A stretch of DNA of 64,000 nucleotides from a bacterium. Its GTDB lineage: Bacteria > Patescibacteriota > Patescibacteriia > UBA10025. The DNA is taken from the NCBI GenBank assembly GCA_021815445.1, contig JAKAGM010000002.1, positions 307,720 through 371,719 of the forward strand, written 5' to 3'. Below, piece after piece: positions 17,791 to 27,574 of the stretch (within the stretch, counting starts at the first letter, position 1; each line of letters opens with the position of its first letter). Under the pieces are notes generated by a model. The model saw only the letters and a program-made list of their open reading frames with translations, did no database searches and had not been told where the DNA came from. A program made the position numbers and the translations under genes.

Positions 17791-18663
17791 TCAGAACCCA
17801 ATGGCGATAAGGATGACTCCAATGATACCGCCGAAAATGACAAGAAGCTCTTTCCGCGACATCGTACGGGCTTCGCCAAAGAACACCATGGCAGTGAACA
17901 CGGGAATGCACATTTCAGCAACCAGCTGTATCGGTTGTGCGACGGTGTTGGGCAACAGTTCGCGTATCCAATATGACATCATCAGCGATGTCCATATTCC
18001 CCCGGCGAGGAGAAACACCTTTGACCGTTGGACCAGCGTTAGCGGTGGCCCAGCCTCATGGGGCCCGATGAGCACAAAGCGCGTCAACAGGGCTCCGCAC
18101 CAGGCGCCGAAATACCACGCGACGACGTAGGTCGGCATACTCAGCCCTTGCAGCGAGAAATAGCGCATGGAGAAAATGGCAACTCCCCAGATCGTGCTGT
18201 AGCCGATCACCCAGCCGATGAGTCGGACGGGCGCCCCGTCTTTTTTCTGCTTGATCTTCGCAAAGACAATTGCGCTGACGAGGCACAGGATGACACCGGC
18301 AGCGAGCAGGGGGGTAAGTACGCGTAGTTCGCCTAGCAGAAGGTATCCGAGTGCCATGGCTAGTAGGTCATCGAGGTTGCTCATCACCGCTGTTCGCGCC
18401 ATCGAGATGTCGTACGCGCGCCAGTGGCAGTAACATGCAAACGCATTCGCCGCGCCGATGACTGCAACGACAAGTGTCGTCATGTTTATCGCGATCCGTC
18501 CGGCAATCACTGCTGTTGCTATAGCAAGTAAGGCCGCGAAGAAGTACTGCCACACGAGTTTCCGTGTGCGCGACCCTTCGACAGCCCCTATCCTCTTGAT
18601 GGCTATATGCACGAGGCCGTATTGGTACAGGACCGCCATACACACCAGAAGCTTCCAGTTCAT
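17791..18663 (-). CDS. DMT/EamA-like membrane transporter
   Basis: 290 aa, about 10 TM in two halves ending YLLLGE and VFFGE; SD AAGGAAGG. Confidence 0.7.
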   Translation of the reverse strand: MNWKLLVCMAVLYQYGLVHIAIKRIGAVEGSRTRKLVWQYFFAALLAIATAVIAGRIAINMTTLVVAVIGAANAFACYCHWRAYDISMARTAVMSNLDDLLAMALGYLLLGELRVLTPLLAAGVILCLVSAIVFAKIKQKKDGAPVRLIGWVIGYSTIWGVAIFSMRYFSLQGLSMPTYVVAWYFGAWCGALLTRFVLIGPHEAGPPLTLVQRSKVFLLAGGIWTSLMMSYWIRELLPNTVAQPIQLVAEMCIPVFTAMVFFGEARTMSRKELLVIFGGIIGVILIAIGF

Positions 18664-18842
18664 GGCTATTCCTTCCTTTCAAGGTTCAATGTTATTTTCA
18701 GACAATGCTTCAGCACTGCTGAGATTTTTAACAACACCCAAAAACGAGTCCTTTATCTTAGACGATAATCTACAAATGTCAAACTGTGTGCCCGATTTGT
18801 GTATAACAAAATAATCCCGTTCATTACGACGTTGACAGCAAT

Positions 18843-18890
18843 TGCCGAAGGTGGGAGTCGAACCCACAAGAGGTTGCTCTTATGCGATTT
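18843..18890 (-). pseudogene. 3' half of a different tRNA-Leu-like gene
   Basis: Minus strand AAATCGCATAAGAGCAACCTCTTGTGGGTTCGACTCCCACCTTCGGCA: variable arm, T arm and acceptor 3' strand without a matching 5' half. Confidence 0.65.
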
Positions 18891-18962
18891 TGCCATGAAC
18901 CAGAGCAGGGCTCGGTTCATGGCATCCTGAACCGGACTTCGTTCTGGTTCAGGGTGAGTCCT
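18883..18962. repeat. 80-bp double-hairpin element, copy A
   Basis: TGCCATGAACC...GGTTCATGGCA plus CCTGAACC...GGTTCAGG; 3 mismatches to copy B. Confidence 0.9.
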
Positions 18963-18984
18963 ATACGGTATCTTCCCCCATCTC

Positions 18985-19068
18985 TGCCGCGGGAGAGAAT
19001 CGAACTCTCATGATGTTGCCATCGCAGGATTTTGAGTCCTGTGCGTCTGCCAGTTCCGCCACCGCGGC
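18985..19068 (-). tRNA. tRNA-Leu (CAA)
   Basis: GCCGCGGTGGCGGAACTGGCAGACGCACAGGACTCAAAATCCTGCGATGGCAACATCATGAGAGTTCGATTCTCTCCCGCGGCA; long variable arm. Confidence 0.92.
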
Positions 19069-19086
19069 AGAGATGGGGCAAGCGCT

Positions 19087-19350
19087 TTACAAGTACTTTT
19101 GGAGGGTCTCACGGAGTACTAGTCGTAAAGTTTTCTTTCCTTTCGTTGTTTTAAAATACTGCTCCCGACGCCATGCGTCAGCTCTATGGGAAAATGCCTC
19201 GTAGAAAATTAGCCTCACCGGTCGTCGATTCTTAGTAGAATCTACTTTACCATCTTTATGCTCTTTTAGTCTACGTTCAAGTTTATCAGTAAATCCAATG
19301 TAAAACTTTCCATCTTTAAGACTCAAGAGAATATAGACATAATATGTCAT
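19087..19350 (-). CDS. Small stand-alone GIY-YIG nuclease (UPF0213-like)
   Basis: YYVYIL...FYIGFT..LERRL.EH..G...T..RRP..L...E...A..RE..FK. Confidence 0.9.
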   Translation of the reverse strand: MTYYVYILLSLKDGKFYIGFTDKLERRLKEHKDGKVDSTKNRRPVRLIFYEAFSHRADAWRREQYFKTTKGKKTLRLVLRETLQKYL

Positions 19351-19356
19351 AGGTGT

Positions 19357-19436
19357 TGCGATTTTGCCATGAACCAGAGCAGGGCTCGATTCATGGCACC
19401 CTGAACCGAACTTCGTTCTGGTTCAGGGTGAGTCCT
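19357..19436. repeat. 80-bp double-hairpin element, copy B
   Basis: Direct repeat of 18883-18962. Confidence 0.9.
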
Positions 19437-19464
19437 GTGCGTCTGCCAGTTCCGCCACCGCGGC
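19429..19464 (-). pseudogene. 5' half of tRNA-Leu(CAA), interrupted at the anticodon
   Basis: 36 nt identical to 19033-19068, followed by the hairpin element. Confidence 0.85.
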
Positions 19465-19479
19465 ATAAGAATACACCGC

Positions 19480-19508
19480 ATTGTAACGAGTTTACTTTTG
19501 TTTGTCAA
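19480..19508 (-). promoter_or_regulatory. Sigma70 promoter of the tRNA-Leu/GIY-YIG locus
   Basis: Minus strand TTGACA (19508-19503)-17 bp-TACAAT (19485-19480). Confidence 0.7.
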
Positions 19509-19556
19509 AGCTCCTTTTTTTCGCTATACTGTGCGTACATTTTCTTTTGACAACGT

Positions 19557-20321
19557 ATGCCACGGATCATTTCAGTCGTGAATCAAAAAGGGGGAGTGGG
19601 AAAGACGACAACCTCTGTTAATCTTGCCAGCTACCTCGCATCATTCGGGGAGTCAGTCCTGCTCGTCGACATCGATCCTCAGGGGAATGCATCATCGGGT
19701 ATGGGAGTAGATGTGCGATCGATTACTCACGGAGTGTATGAAGTATTAATCGGTATCGCCTCGCTCCCGGATGTCTTGCACCATGCGTCCGTCGGGGGTC
19801 TTCATATTGCTCCGGCGACACTCAATCTTGCAGGTGCCAATGTGGAGCTTGTCAATTTGCCCCAGCGGGAGTATCGCCTGCATGATGCGTTAAAAGGCAA
19901 GATTGACAGCTACAATTATGTCATCATCGACTGTCCGCCTTCACTCGGACTTCTCACTATTAACGGCATCGTGGCTTCAGACGAAGTGCTGATTCCTGTT
20001 CAAACAGAATATTACGCGTTGGAAGGGTTAAGCCAGCTTTTGAACACGATAAAGCTCATTCAAGACAATCTCAAGCCCGATCTTAAGATCCTCGGCGCCG
20101 TGATGACTATGTACGACAGCACATATAGGCTTACGGAGGCTGTGTTCCGTGAAATGTATCAGTTTTTTCCTCAAAAAGTTTTTCGCACAGTGATCCCCCG
20201 GAATGTCCGCTTAGCAGAAGCGCCGAGCCACGGCAAAACAATTCTCCAATATGATCCTCGATCTCCCGGCGCGCGGGCGTATCGCCGCCTGGCGAAGGAG
20301 ATACATCATTCAGCCAAATAA
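19557..20321 (+). CDS. parA: ParA/Soj chromosome partitioning ATPase
   Basis: NQKGGVGKTT, DIDPQGNAS, DCPPSLG, PVQTEYYALEG, EAPSHG. Confidence 0.96.
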   Translation: MPRIISVVNQKGGVGKTTTSVNLASYLASFGESVLLVDIDPQGNASSGMGVDVRSITHGVYEVLIGIASLPDVLHHASVGGLHIAPATLNLAGANVELVNLPQREYRLHDALKGKIDSYNYVIIDCPPSLGLLTINGIVASDEVLIPVQTEYYALEGLSQLLNTIKLIQDNLKPDLKILGAVMTMYDSTYRLTEAVFREMYQFFPQKVFRTVIPRNVRLAEAPSHGKTILQYDPRSPGARAYRRLAKEIHHSAK

Positions 20322-20329
20322 TTCTCACT

Positions 20330-21202
20330 ATGGACAACCACTATGCAGGATTGGGCAGGGGCCTCGACTCGCTGATCCCAAAAAAAAGAAACGGCGCCGT
20401 AGATCTCGGTATCCGGGAACAGATTCTCGGACCGCAGGAACGTCTCTACAGCATCGATCCGCTCATGATCGATGTCAATCCGCACCAGCCGAGAAAAAGT
20501 TTCGACCACGGAAGTTTAGAAGAGCTTGTAAACTCAATCAAGGAATACGGCATCTTGCAGCCCCTGATTGCAGGCAAGAAAGGCAAGCGCTATGAACTCA
20601 TCTCCGGCGAGCGCCGTCTTCGCGCGGCGAAAATTCTTGAGCTAGACACGGTACCCGTTATAGTTCGCGATGCCTCAGAACAGGAGAAGCTGGCCCTTGC
20701 GCTCATAGAAAACGTTCAGCGAAAAGATTTGAATCCCATCGAACGTGCGTGGGGGTATGCCAGGTTAATTGAAGAATTCAGCCTCACGCAGGAGCAGGCC
20801 GCAAAAAAAGTCGGCCAATCACGAGCAAGCCTCACGAACACGCTCAGAATGCTGAAGCTGCCAGATGAGATACAAAAGTCGCTTATCGACAATTCGCTGA
20901 CTGAGGGACATGCGAAAGTTCTCCTCGGCGTTCAGGACCAACAGGAACAGAAAAAGTTATTTCTTAAAATGCTGAAAGAACAGCTCTCAGTACGGGCTGC
21001 AGAACACTATGTCCGTATTGCGCGCCCGTCCAAGCGAAAAACCCCGGCGCACAATCCCGAACTGGAGGAGCTCAAAGAAAGATTGCAGCGAGCGCTCGGC
21101 ACTAAAGTTGATGTGGTCAAGAGAGGAAAACAGGGTGTCATCCACATTTATTTCTACTCTGACGGAGAGCTTAAGGAAATTCTGGGCCGCATAGGCTCAT
21201 AA
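20330..21202 (+). CDS. parB: ParB/Spo0J partition protein
   Basis: NPHQPRK.F, GILQP, GERRLRA, ENVQRKDLNPIE, HTH. Confidence 0.96.
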   Translation: MDNHYAGLGRGLDSLIPKKRNGAVDLGIREQILGPQERLYSIDPLMIDVNPHQPRKSFDHGSLEELVNSIKEYGILQPLIAGKKGKRYELISGERRLRAAKILELDTVPVIVRDASEQEKLALALIENVQRKDLNPIERAWGYARLIEEFSLTQEQAAKKVGQSRASLTNTLRMLKLPDEIQKSLIDNSLTEGHAKVLLGVQDQQEQKKLFLKMLKEQLSVRAAEHYVRIARPSKRKTPAHNPELEELKERLQRALGTKVDVVKRGKQGVIHIYFYSDGELKEILGRIGS

Positions 21203-21207
21203 ATGGC

Positions 21208-23508
21208 ATGAGACTTTTTAGAAGGTTTGCTAAAGAACACACTGCGCTACCGACCATTATCCGATGGTGCCTCCTGGCGCTGGTTGTCGCTACGCCGTTG
21301 ATTGTTTATCCGATGGCTCCGGATGCCTTTGAGCTCACCAAATGGCTTGTTTTTGGCATAATCACAGGATGTGTGTTCCTCCTCTGGATAATTGATACTT
21401 TTGTACTCTATCGCAGGGAGGTGCATTGGACTCTCGTCCACACCTTTATTTCAGCATTTACCGTCGTGGCAGTTGCTGCGGCCCTATTTTCCGTATCAGG
21501 GATACGGAGTATGATCGGACCTGAAGGTTCAGTGAGCGGCACCGTTCCCTCGATACTTATGTTTTCGATTTTTTCATTCCTGCTTGTCCAAATGTTCACC
21601 ACACTCAGGGACCTGCGCATCTTGATTTTAGTATTTTTATCCGGCGCGGGTGTTGCCCTACTTTTCTCCTTCCTTCAATATTGGGAAGTTTTTCTCCTGC
21701 CGTGGGCGGGGGCCCGGACAGAAAGTTTCACCACTCTCGCATTGTCGCCGCTCACGACGGTTATCTTTTTTGCATCAACAGTTATCCTGGGTTTATGTAT
21801 TGTATTTTTTTCAAAAAAGCGATGGGAAAAGATTACGATAGGATCGGGTGTCGGGCTCGCGCTGTTGCTCCTCGCGCTCTATGACAAAAAGATAGGATGG
21901 ATCGCTTTGGGGGTGGCTCTTTTTGCGGTAATGATCCTTTTTGCTTTTCGACCAAAGGTACTGCAGTCTCGCCGGGCAGTCATTCTCATGCTCTGCCTCG
22001 CTTTTTCGATCGGAATGCTCTTTATCCCGGTTACCCGCTGGACGAACAAGGTGATCCCCGACGATACGATCCTCCATCAGGGGAGCGGATGGAATGTCAT
22101 GCTTTCCGTGATGCGACAGCGCCCGGTACTTGGTACGGGCCCCCAAACATTCCTTGATGCCTTTCAGCGGTTCCGTCCGGCCGAGTACAATCAGTCTGCC
22201 CAGTGGCAGCTGAGATTCATTAAATCGAGCAACCAGTGGTTTGAGATTGCGACGACGATGGGTATCCTCGGTTTCGCGGCATTTCTCGGGATTCTCGTGA
22301 CCTTGGTCGATCCTTTTTTACGAAGAACGCTTTTAGCGAAAAAGATTGATGACGTCTATCTTATAGCGCTTTTTTCCGTCGGCGCGCTTATGGTTATGAT
22401 TTTCTCAAGCTTTATTTTGCCGTGGAATTTTATCCTTAATTTTCTCTGGTGGTTTTTTCTTGCCGTCGCACTGCGGGGGTTCATGCTCATCGTTCCCGAC
22501 AGAGTACGGCAGTGGTCTCCCAAGTCATTTCCATACCACCGCGTTCTGGGTATCAGTGCGATTATTATTGCCGTCGCCGCATATTGCAGCTTTATTTTTT
22601 TCGGAGTGAGAATATGGAACGGCGAGCGTCTCCGTTCCCGCTCAAATCTTTCGTCCGTGAATACCGTTGCGGATGCGCAAAAAGAGCTTGCCCTCCTCGA
22701 GAAAAGCTCACGCTGGAATCCTTACTCTACGTTCCCCCAGCTGCTCACCGCTCAGGCTTCAGCTCTCACTGCGGGGTATGAGGCGGCAAACAGCAAGGGA
22801 AGTCTTTCGCCTGACACTGAAACGCTCATAGCCAAGAGCCGGGATCTCGTCAATCGAGCTATAACACGCGATCCAAACAATGTCCTGACATATGAGAATG
22901 CAGTGATCGTCTACCGCGCTTTAGCTCCTATTGTGGCAGATGCTCCCCGCCAGATTACGGTCCTTCTCGAACAGGCAGTCGAACGCGACAGTTCAAATCC
23001 CGCTGTCTACAACGATCTCGGTGAGGCGTATCTTGTCGAGGCCCAGTTCGCCTCAAACGGCACAATTCAGCCGCTTATCGATAAAGCTAAGCGGGCGCTG
23101 GCAACGGCTTCCAGCTTAAAACCGAATTTTATCGACCCTTTGCTTTATATTGCGCTGGCCGAAGACCTGTCCGGTGATACTGCCGCCGCCGAAAAACGTC
23201 TCATCAGCCTCCACAGTCAAAGTCCCGCGACGACGGGCATTACACTTACCCTCGCAGACCTATATGAGCGTCACGGCGAGGATGATAAAGCTATCCCGCT
23301 TTACCAGGACGTCATAACCGTCGCTCCCGGCATTCTCTCGCCGTATTCAAAGCTTGAAGCCATTTACGAGAAAAAGAAAGAATACGCAAAGGCACTCGAT
23401 GTGTACCAAAAGCTTGCCGTACTCCGTTCAGGAGATGCGAGCGTTCAGCAAAAAATAAACGAGCTGTCAAAACTTATCGAAGCGCAAAAAACTCCCGCGA
23501 AGAACTAG
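21208..23508 (+). CDS. O-antigen ligase-like membrane protein with C-terminal TPRs
   Basis: About 12 TM; RPVLGTGP..F, SSNQWFEI..TMGILG; helical TPR-like C-terminus. Confidence 0.75.
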   Translation: MRLFRRFAKEHTALPTIIRWCLLALVVATPLIVYPMAPDAFELTKWLVFGIITGCVFLLWIIDTFVLYRREVHWTLVHTFISAFTVVAVAAALFSVSGIRSMIGPEGSVSGTVPSILMFSIFSFLLVQMFTTLRDLRILILVFLSGAGVALLFSFLQYWEVFLLPWAGARTESFTTLALSPLTTVIFFASTVILGLCIVFFSKKRWEKITIGSGVGLALLLLALYDKKIGWIALGVALFAVMILFAFRPKVLQSRRAVILMLCLAFSIGMLFIPVTRWTNKVIPDDTILHQGSGWNVMLSVMRQRPVLGTGPQTFLDAFQRFRPAEYNQSAQWQLRFIKSSNQWFEIATTMGILGFAAFLGILVTLVDPFLRRTLLAKKIDDVYLIALFSVGALMVMIFSSFILPWNFILNFLWWFFLAVALRGFMLIVPDRVRQWSPKSFPYHRVLGISAIIIAVAAYCSFIFFGVRIWNGERLRSRSNLSSVNTVADAQKELALLEKSSRWNPYSTFPQLLTAQASALTAGYEAANSKGSLSPDTETLIAKSRDLVNRAITRDPNNVLTYENAVIVYRALAPIVADAPRQITVLLEQAVERDSSNPAVYNDLGEAYLVEAQFASNGTIQPLIDKAKRALATASSLKPNFIDPLLYIALAEDLSGDTAAAEKRLISLHSQSPATTGITLTLADLYERHGEDDKAIPLYQDVITVAPGILSPYSKLEAIYEKKKEYAKALDVYQKLAVLRSGDASVQQKINELSKLIEAQKTPAKN

Positions 23509-23527
23509 CGGAAAGAGTGAAGTGATA

Positions 23528-24970
23528 TTAGCTATTTTTATAGAGCCATGTAGCTATGGCTTCCTGGGCGCGGTGTGTTTTGACGAATGCGAGCCAATCG
23601 TGCGACGGTCCTTTGCGTTTCTTGTCGGAAATAACCTCGACCATATCGCCGTTCTGAAGCGTTGTGCTTAGCCGGGACATTTTTTCATTTATCCTGGCCG
23701 CTGTCATATGATTTCCCAAATCAGAATGAATTTCGTAGGCGAAGTCCACGGGAGTTGAATTCTCAGGGAGATCGATGACATCTCCCTTCGGCGTGAAGAC
23801 GAAAATACGGTTTTTAAAAATATCCACCTTCAATCCCTTAATATAGACGTCATTATCCGCAACACTCTTCTGCCACTTCGCGAGCTCGCTGATCCATTCG
23901 AGCCGCCGCGTGACTGTCGATCCTTTTGCCGGCTTTCCGCTCTCCACATAATTCCAGTGGGCCGCGATGCCGAATTCAGCTGCCTCGTGCATCTGGGGAT
24001 CCCGAATTTGGACTTCGACTATTTTTTTGTCCAGGCAAAAGATGTCGGTATGGAGTGATTTATAACCGTTGGGCTTCGGCTGGGCAATGTAGTCTTTAAT
24101 CCTCCCTTTGAGGGGCGTCCATCTCCCGTGGATAACGCCAAGCGCAGTGTAACATGAGGGTATGTCGGGGACGATAATGCGGACGGCGACCAGGTCATGG
24201 ATCCGGGTGATGTCGTTGTTATATTCCCTGAGCTTCTTGAAGAGGCTGTAAAATCGCTTCGCGCGTCCATGGATATTCACCACGGTCACATGAGCGTCTT
24301 CGAGAGCTTTTTTTATCTGGGGGATGATTTTTTTTACGTACTTTTGCTGGTCTTCAAAACTTTCCTTGACCATTTTCCTCAGCTCATTGTATTCGCGCTC
24401 CATCGCCACGGGAAAAGCAAGATCTTCCAGCTGTCCGCGGACTTCTCCCATCCCGAGCCTGTTAGCTATGGGCGCGTATATTTCCAATGTCTCGCGGGCT
24501 ATGCGGGTCCGTTTTGTCTTATCGAATACATGGAGCGTCTTGACGTTATCCAGGCGGTCAGCGAGTTTTATGAGAATGACGCGGACGTCAGATGACATCG
24601 CGATGAAGAGTTTGCGCAATGACTCGGCATACCTCTCGCGGCCCTGGTATTCGAGTTTTCCCAACTTCGTGACACCTTCGACGAGAAAATACACTTCCTT
24701 CCCGAATTTTTCCTTTATTTCAGAGTCGTATTCCTGCGGTTTTTCTTCCAGCGTGTCGTGAAGGATGCACGCCACTATCGCGTCCGCGTCAAGCTTCCAT
24801 TCAGCTAGAGTGAGCGCAGAACGGAGAGGATGTTCGACGTAGTCTTCACCCGTAAGCCGCTTGGTATTGCGATGGGCGCGTTCCGCAAACTCAACAGCCT
24901 GCTCAACTCTGAGCATCTCTTTGCGGCCGACGGCGCTTTCTATGTCTTTAAAAAATTCCAGACGATCCAT
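23528..24970 (-). CDS. rel: RelA/SpoT family (p)ppGpp synthetase/hydrolase (HD + synthetase + TGS, no ACT)
   Basis: HP, LHD, IKLADRLDN, YAPIANRLG, PKPNGYKSLHT, FVFTPKG, TPVDFAY. Confidence 0.93.
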   Translation of the reverse strand: MDRLEFFKDIESAVGRKEMLRVEQAVEFAERAHRNTKRLTGEDYVEHPLRSALTLAEWKLDADAIVACILHDTLEEKPQEYDSEIKEKFGKEVYFLVEGVTKLGKLEYQGRERYAESLRKLFIAMSSDVRVILIKLADRLDNVKTLHVFDKTKRTRIARETLEIYAPIANRLGMGEVRGQLEDLAFPVAMEREYNELRKMVKESFEDQQKYVKKIIPQIKKALEDAHVTVVNIHGRAKRFYSLFKKLREYNNDITRIHDLVAVRIIVPDIPSCYTALGVIHGRWTPLKGRIKDYIAQPKPNGYKSLHTDIFCLDKKIVEVQIRDPQMHEAAEFGIAAHWNYVESGKPAKGSTVTRRLEWISELAKWQKSVADNDVYIKGLKVDIFKNRIFVFTPKGDVIDLPENSTPVDFAYEIHSDLGNHMTAARINEKMSRLSTTLQNGDMVEVISDKKRKGPSHDWLAFVKTHRAQEAIATWLYKNS

Positions 24971-25183
24971 AGGTGCTTTCTATTGTACCGCAGTTTATTT
25001 TTCTCCACAATCAGCATATTCGGGAGTAGTTCATATTCTTTATTACAGTGAGAATCAAGCGCTCCAGTGACGAATTGATTTTTTATTAGACGTGGTATAT
25101 AATCGATAACACTCACGGAAACGGCCGGACCAAAAGAAGGGAATGTTATTCAAACTTTTTTCACCATTTATAAGCTATCGTGT

Positions 25184-26119
25184 ATGAAAAATTTCGATGT
25201 ACTCATTGTCGGCGGCGGAGCGGCGGGATTGTCCGCAGGAATGTACGCGGGCAGGTATTTAGTGTCCGCGGCTGTTATCAGAGGGCCAGAACCGGGAGGG
25301 GAGACTGCGACAGCGTGGACAATTGAGAATTATCCGGGAATCCTCTCGATAGACGGGTTGGAGTTGGTCCAAAATATGGAGAAGCATGCTGTAGCGGCGG
25401 GAGCCCAGATGTTTGACGGAACGGTCAGCGCCATTGAGAAAAAGGGAGACTGTTTCATCTCGACAGTCGGTGAGGAACAGTTCTCATCGAAAACTATTAT
25501 CCTTGCCGTCGGATCATCACGGAGGAAGCTCGGTCTGCCCAACGAGGATAACCTCAGAGGAAAGGGCGTCTCATACTGCGCGACATGTGATGCGCCTCTC
25601 TATAAAGGAAAAATAGTGGCCATTGCCGGAGGAGGCGACTCATCGGTGAAAGGGGCCAATCTGGTTTCGCGTTACGCAACCAAGGTCTACCTTATCGTTC
25701 GCGGCAAAGAGCTGAGAGGCGAACCGGCAAATCTGAAGCAGTTGAAAGAGAAAAAAAATGTAGAAGTGCTCTACGATACCGCTGTACAAGAGATCGTCGG
25801 GACAAAGATCATAGAGAAGATTGTTCTCTCGCGTCCCGTCAACGGTTCACAAGACCTGCAGATCGGGGGTTTGTTCGTCGAGGTAGGCGCCCAACCCCGG
25901 ACTGAGCTTTCTAAAATGTTGGGAGTCGATTTGGATGAAAAAGGATATATCAAGGTAAACAAACTCATGCATACGAATATTACGGGCGTGTACGGAGCGG
26001 GAGATATTACTGATGGAGCGGGAGATTTTCGACAGGATGTGACTGCAGCAGCGCAGGGCGCCATGGCTGCAACGTCGGCGTATAAGTACATAGGAGCGCA
26101 TCCGGAGTTAGCGTGTTAG
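25184..26119 (+). CDS. trxB: Thioredoxin-disulfide reductase
   Basis: GGGAAG, ENYPG, GVSYCATCDA, GGGDS, GAGD. Confidence 0.9.
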   Translation: MKNFDVLIVGGGAAGLSAGMYAGRYLVSAAVIRGPEPGGETATAWTIENYPGILSIDGLELVQNMEKHAVAAGAQMFDGTVSAIEKKGDCFISTVGEEQFSSKTIILAVGSSRRKLGLPNEDNLRGKGVSYCATCDAPLYKGKIVAIAGGGDSSVKGANLVSRYATKVYLIVRGKELRGEPANLKQLKEKKNVEVLYDTAVQEIVGTKIIEKIVLSRPVNGSQDLQIGGLFVEVGAQPRTELSKMLGVDLDEKGYIKVNKLMHTNITGVYGAGDITDGAGDFRQDVTAAAQGAMAATSAYKYIGAHPELAC

Positions 26120-26176
26120 TAAATTAAGGGCAAAACAAGTTATCCCGCAGTAACATCCGATATCCGGTATATCCAC

Positions 26177-26222
26177 GGGATCCTTCGTCGTCCGCGCTAG
26201 GAGATACGGGCTCCTCAGGATG
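26177..26222. repeat. REP-like palindromic element
   Basis: ATCCTTCG...CTCAGGAT-type imperfect stem downstream of trxB. Confidence 0.4.
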
Positions 26223-26497
26223 GAGAGTAAAAGCAAGACAGCAAGAAAGAAACCCCTAATAAAGAGAGGGCGTTGCTTTTGTATTGACGCCTATGCATGA
26301 TATGTTAGACTTCTTTTATCCTTTTTGCTCATTTCATTTCTGTAGCGAGATAAGTCAACGTACAGTTTCTGCTGCTTGTATGCCATAAAGCGGCGCGAAA
26401 GTCATTCAACAATGGCGACATCATGGAGGATTGTCGCAATGACCTGAGGGAATTGTGAGTTTGTTGTTAACCACCCACCTGTTCACTTGGAGGGTTT

Positions 26498-27286
26498 ATG
26501 AAGTCGATCAAATGGCTCGCTTACCTTGCCATTTTGCTCGTTCTCACCAGCGCGACGTGGTTCACGGTGAACACCGCGATGGCAACGACCGGCAATGACA
26601 AGGTGAAGAGGGAGGCGACGACCACGCATTCGCCTCCAATTCTGGTTGTTGTTGAAGTACAGCTGTGTACCCCCACTTCCAGTCCGGCGAGAGAAAAGAG
26701 CGCCATTGAAGTAACGGGCACGGCGAATACCGACTTGGTTGAAGTGCAAATGTACGCCTCAACGGTGGCATCAGATAAGGCCAACTATGAGGGGAGCGCG
26801 GAATTGACCGACGGTATCGAGATCTGGCTCACGGTGAGCTCCAATTCCGATCCGGCCGGCGACAAGATAATCTGGCAGAATTCCGTGTGCACGACCAATG
26901 GTGGCAGTCCGCCCACAGCGATCTGTTGGACGGCTTGCCGCGAGACCGACCAGCAGGCGATCACGTTCCACATCCCGATCGCACTGGTTTACGTAGAAGC
27001 GCTCACCGGGTCCACTAACACCTGGATGAGCGCAGATTACCTGACGACCGAGGAATCGATCGACGTGGCTATACTGCCGACGGAAAAGGTATGGTGTCCG
27101 AACATTGGATATGACGCAGACCTTTCTGCCTCTGTGGTGGCCACCATGACCGACGCTACGCCCTGTCCGCGAATCGAGGAGGTATGGCAGCCCAACATCG
27201 GTTTTCAGCAAGGTGGTCCGGCAGTATGTGGTGATGGTGACAGTTTCCTCAGTGCCCTGAGCGACTATCCCAACCCGTTCGCATGA
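26498..27286 (+). CDS. Orphan secreted protein (acidic, Thr/Cys-rich)
   Basis: SD GGAGG; signal-peptide-like N-terminus; promoter TTGACG/TAGACT at ~26284-26312; internal repeat VWxPNIG(Y/F). Confidence 0.65.
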   Translation: MKSIKWLAYLAILLVLTSATWFTVNTAMATTGNDKVKREATTTHSPPILVVVEVQLCTPTSSPAREKSAIEVTGTANTDLVEVQMYASTVASDKANYEGSAELTDGIEIWLTVSSNSDPAGDKIIWQNSVCTTNGGSPPTAICWTACRETDQQAITFHIPIALVYVEALTGSTNTWMSADYLTTEESIDVAILPTEKVWCPNIGYDADLSASVVATMTDATPCPRIEEVWQPNIGFQQGGPAVCGDGDSFLSALSDYPNPFA

Positions 27287-27342
27287 ACCGATTCCGGCGG
27301 CTACCATAGCTGCGATGTACATCTCGCTAATGTCTGTTCGTC

Positions 27343-27376
27343 CCTCCCGCGCGCATGCGTTGCGGGAGGTTTTTTT
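27343..27376 (+). terminator. Intrinsic terminator
   Basis: CCTCCCGC...GCGGGAGG + T7. Confidence 0.75.
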
Positions 27377-27385
27377 AGACAGAAA

Positions 27386-27442
27386 GGAGGGCAAACCCGC
27401 TTCGTCCTCGCGAAGCGAGGCGAGCTGATCAGTCTGCCCTCC
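27386..27442. repeat. REP-like nested palindrome
   Basis: GGAGGGCA...TGCCCTCC enclosing CCTCGC-GAA-GCGAGG. Confidence 0.5.
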
Positions 27443-27574
27443 GGGGTTGTTACCACTTTTTTCATATTCAAAGAAATTGACAACACTAGTTTGATAAGAT
27501 AGGCTATTATAATTCGCTCATTAGACAATCAACCGCTGTAATCTGACACCGCGTTTCAAAGGAGGAGGTACGTC

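Noticed and set aside
18843-19464. Single tRNA-Leu with a group I intron encoding a homing endonuclease
   Set aside because: The outer 5' and 3' halves do not form matching acceptor or anticodon stems, no group I core was recognised, and an intact tRNA lies inside
19500-21300. parS site near parAB
   Set aside because: No TGTTTCACGTGAAACA-like palindrome found by eye; only half-site matches elsewhere
23528-24970. RelA/SpoT lacking the ACT domain as a novelty
   Set aside because: C-terminally shortened Rel proteins are known in reduced genomes; recorded as a feature only
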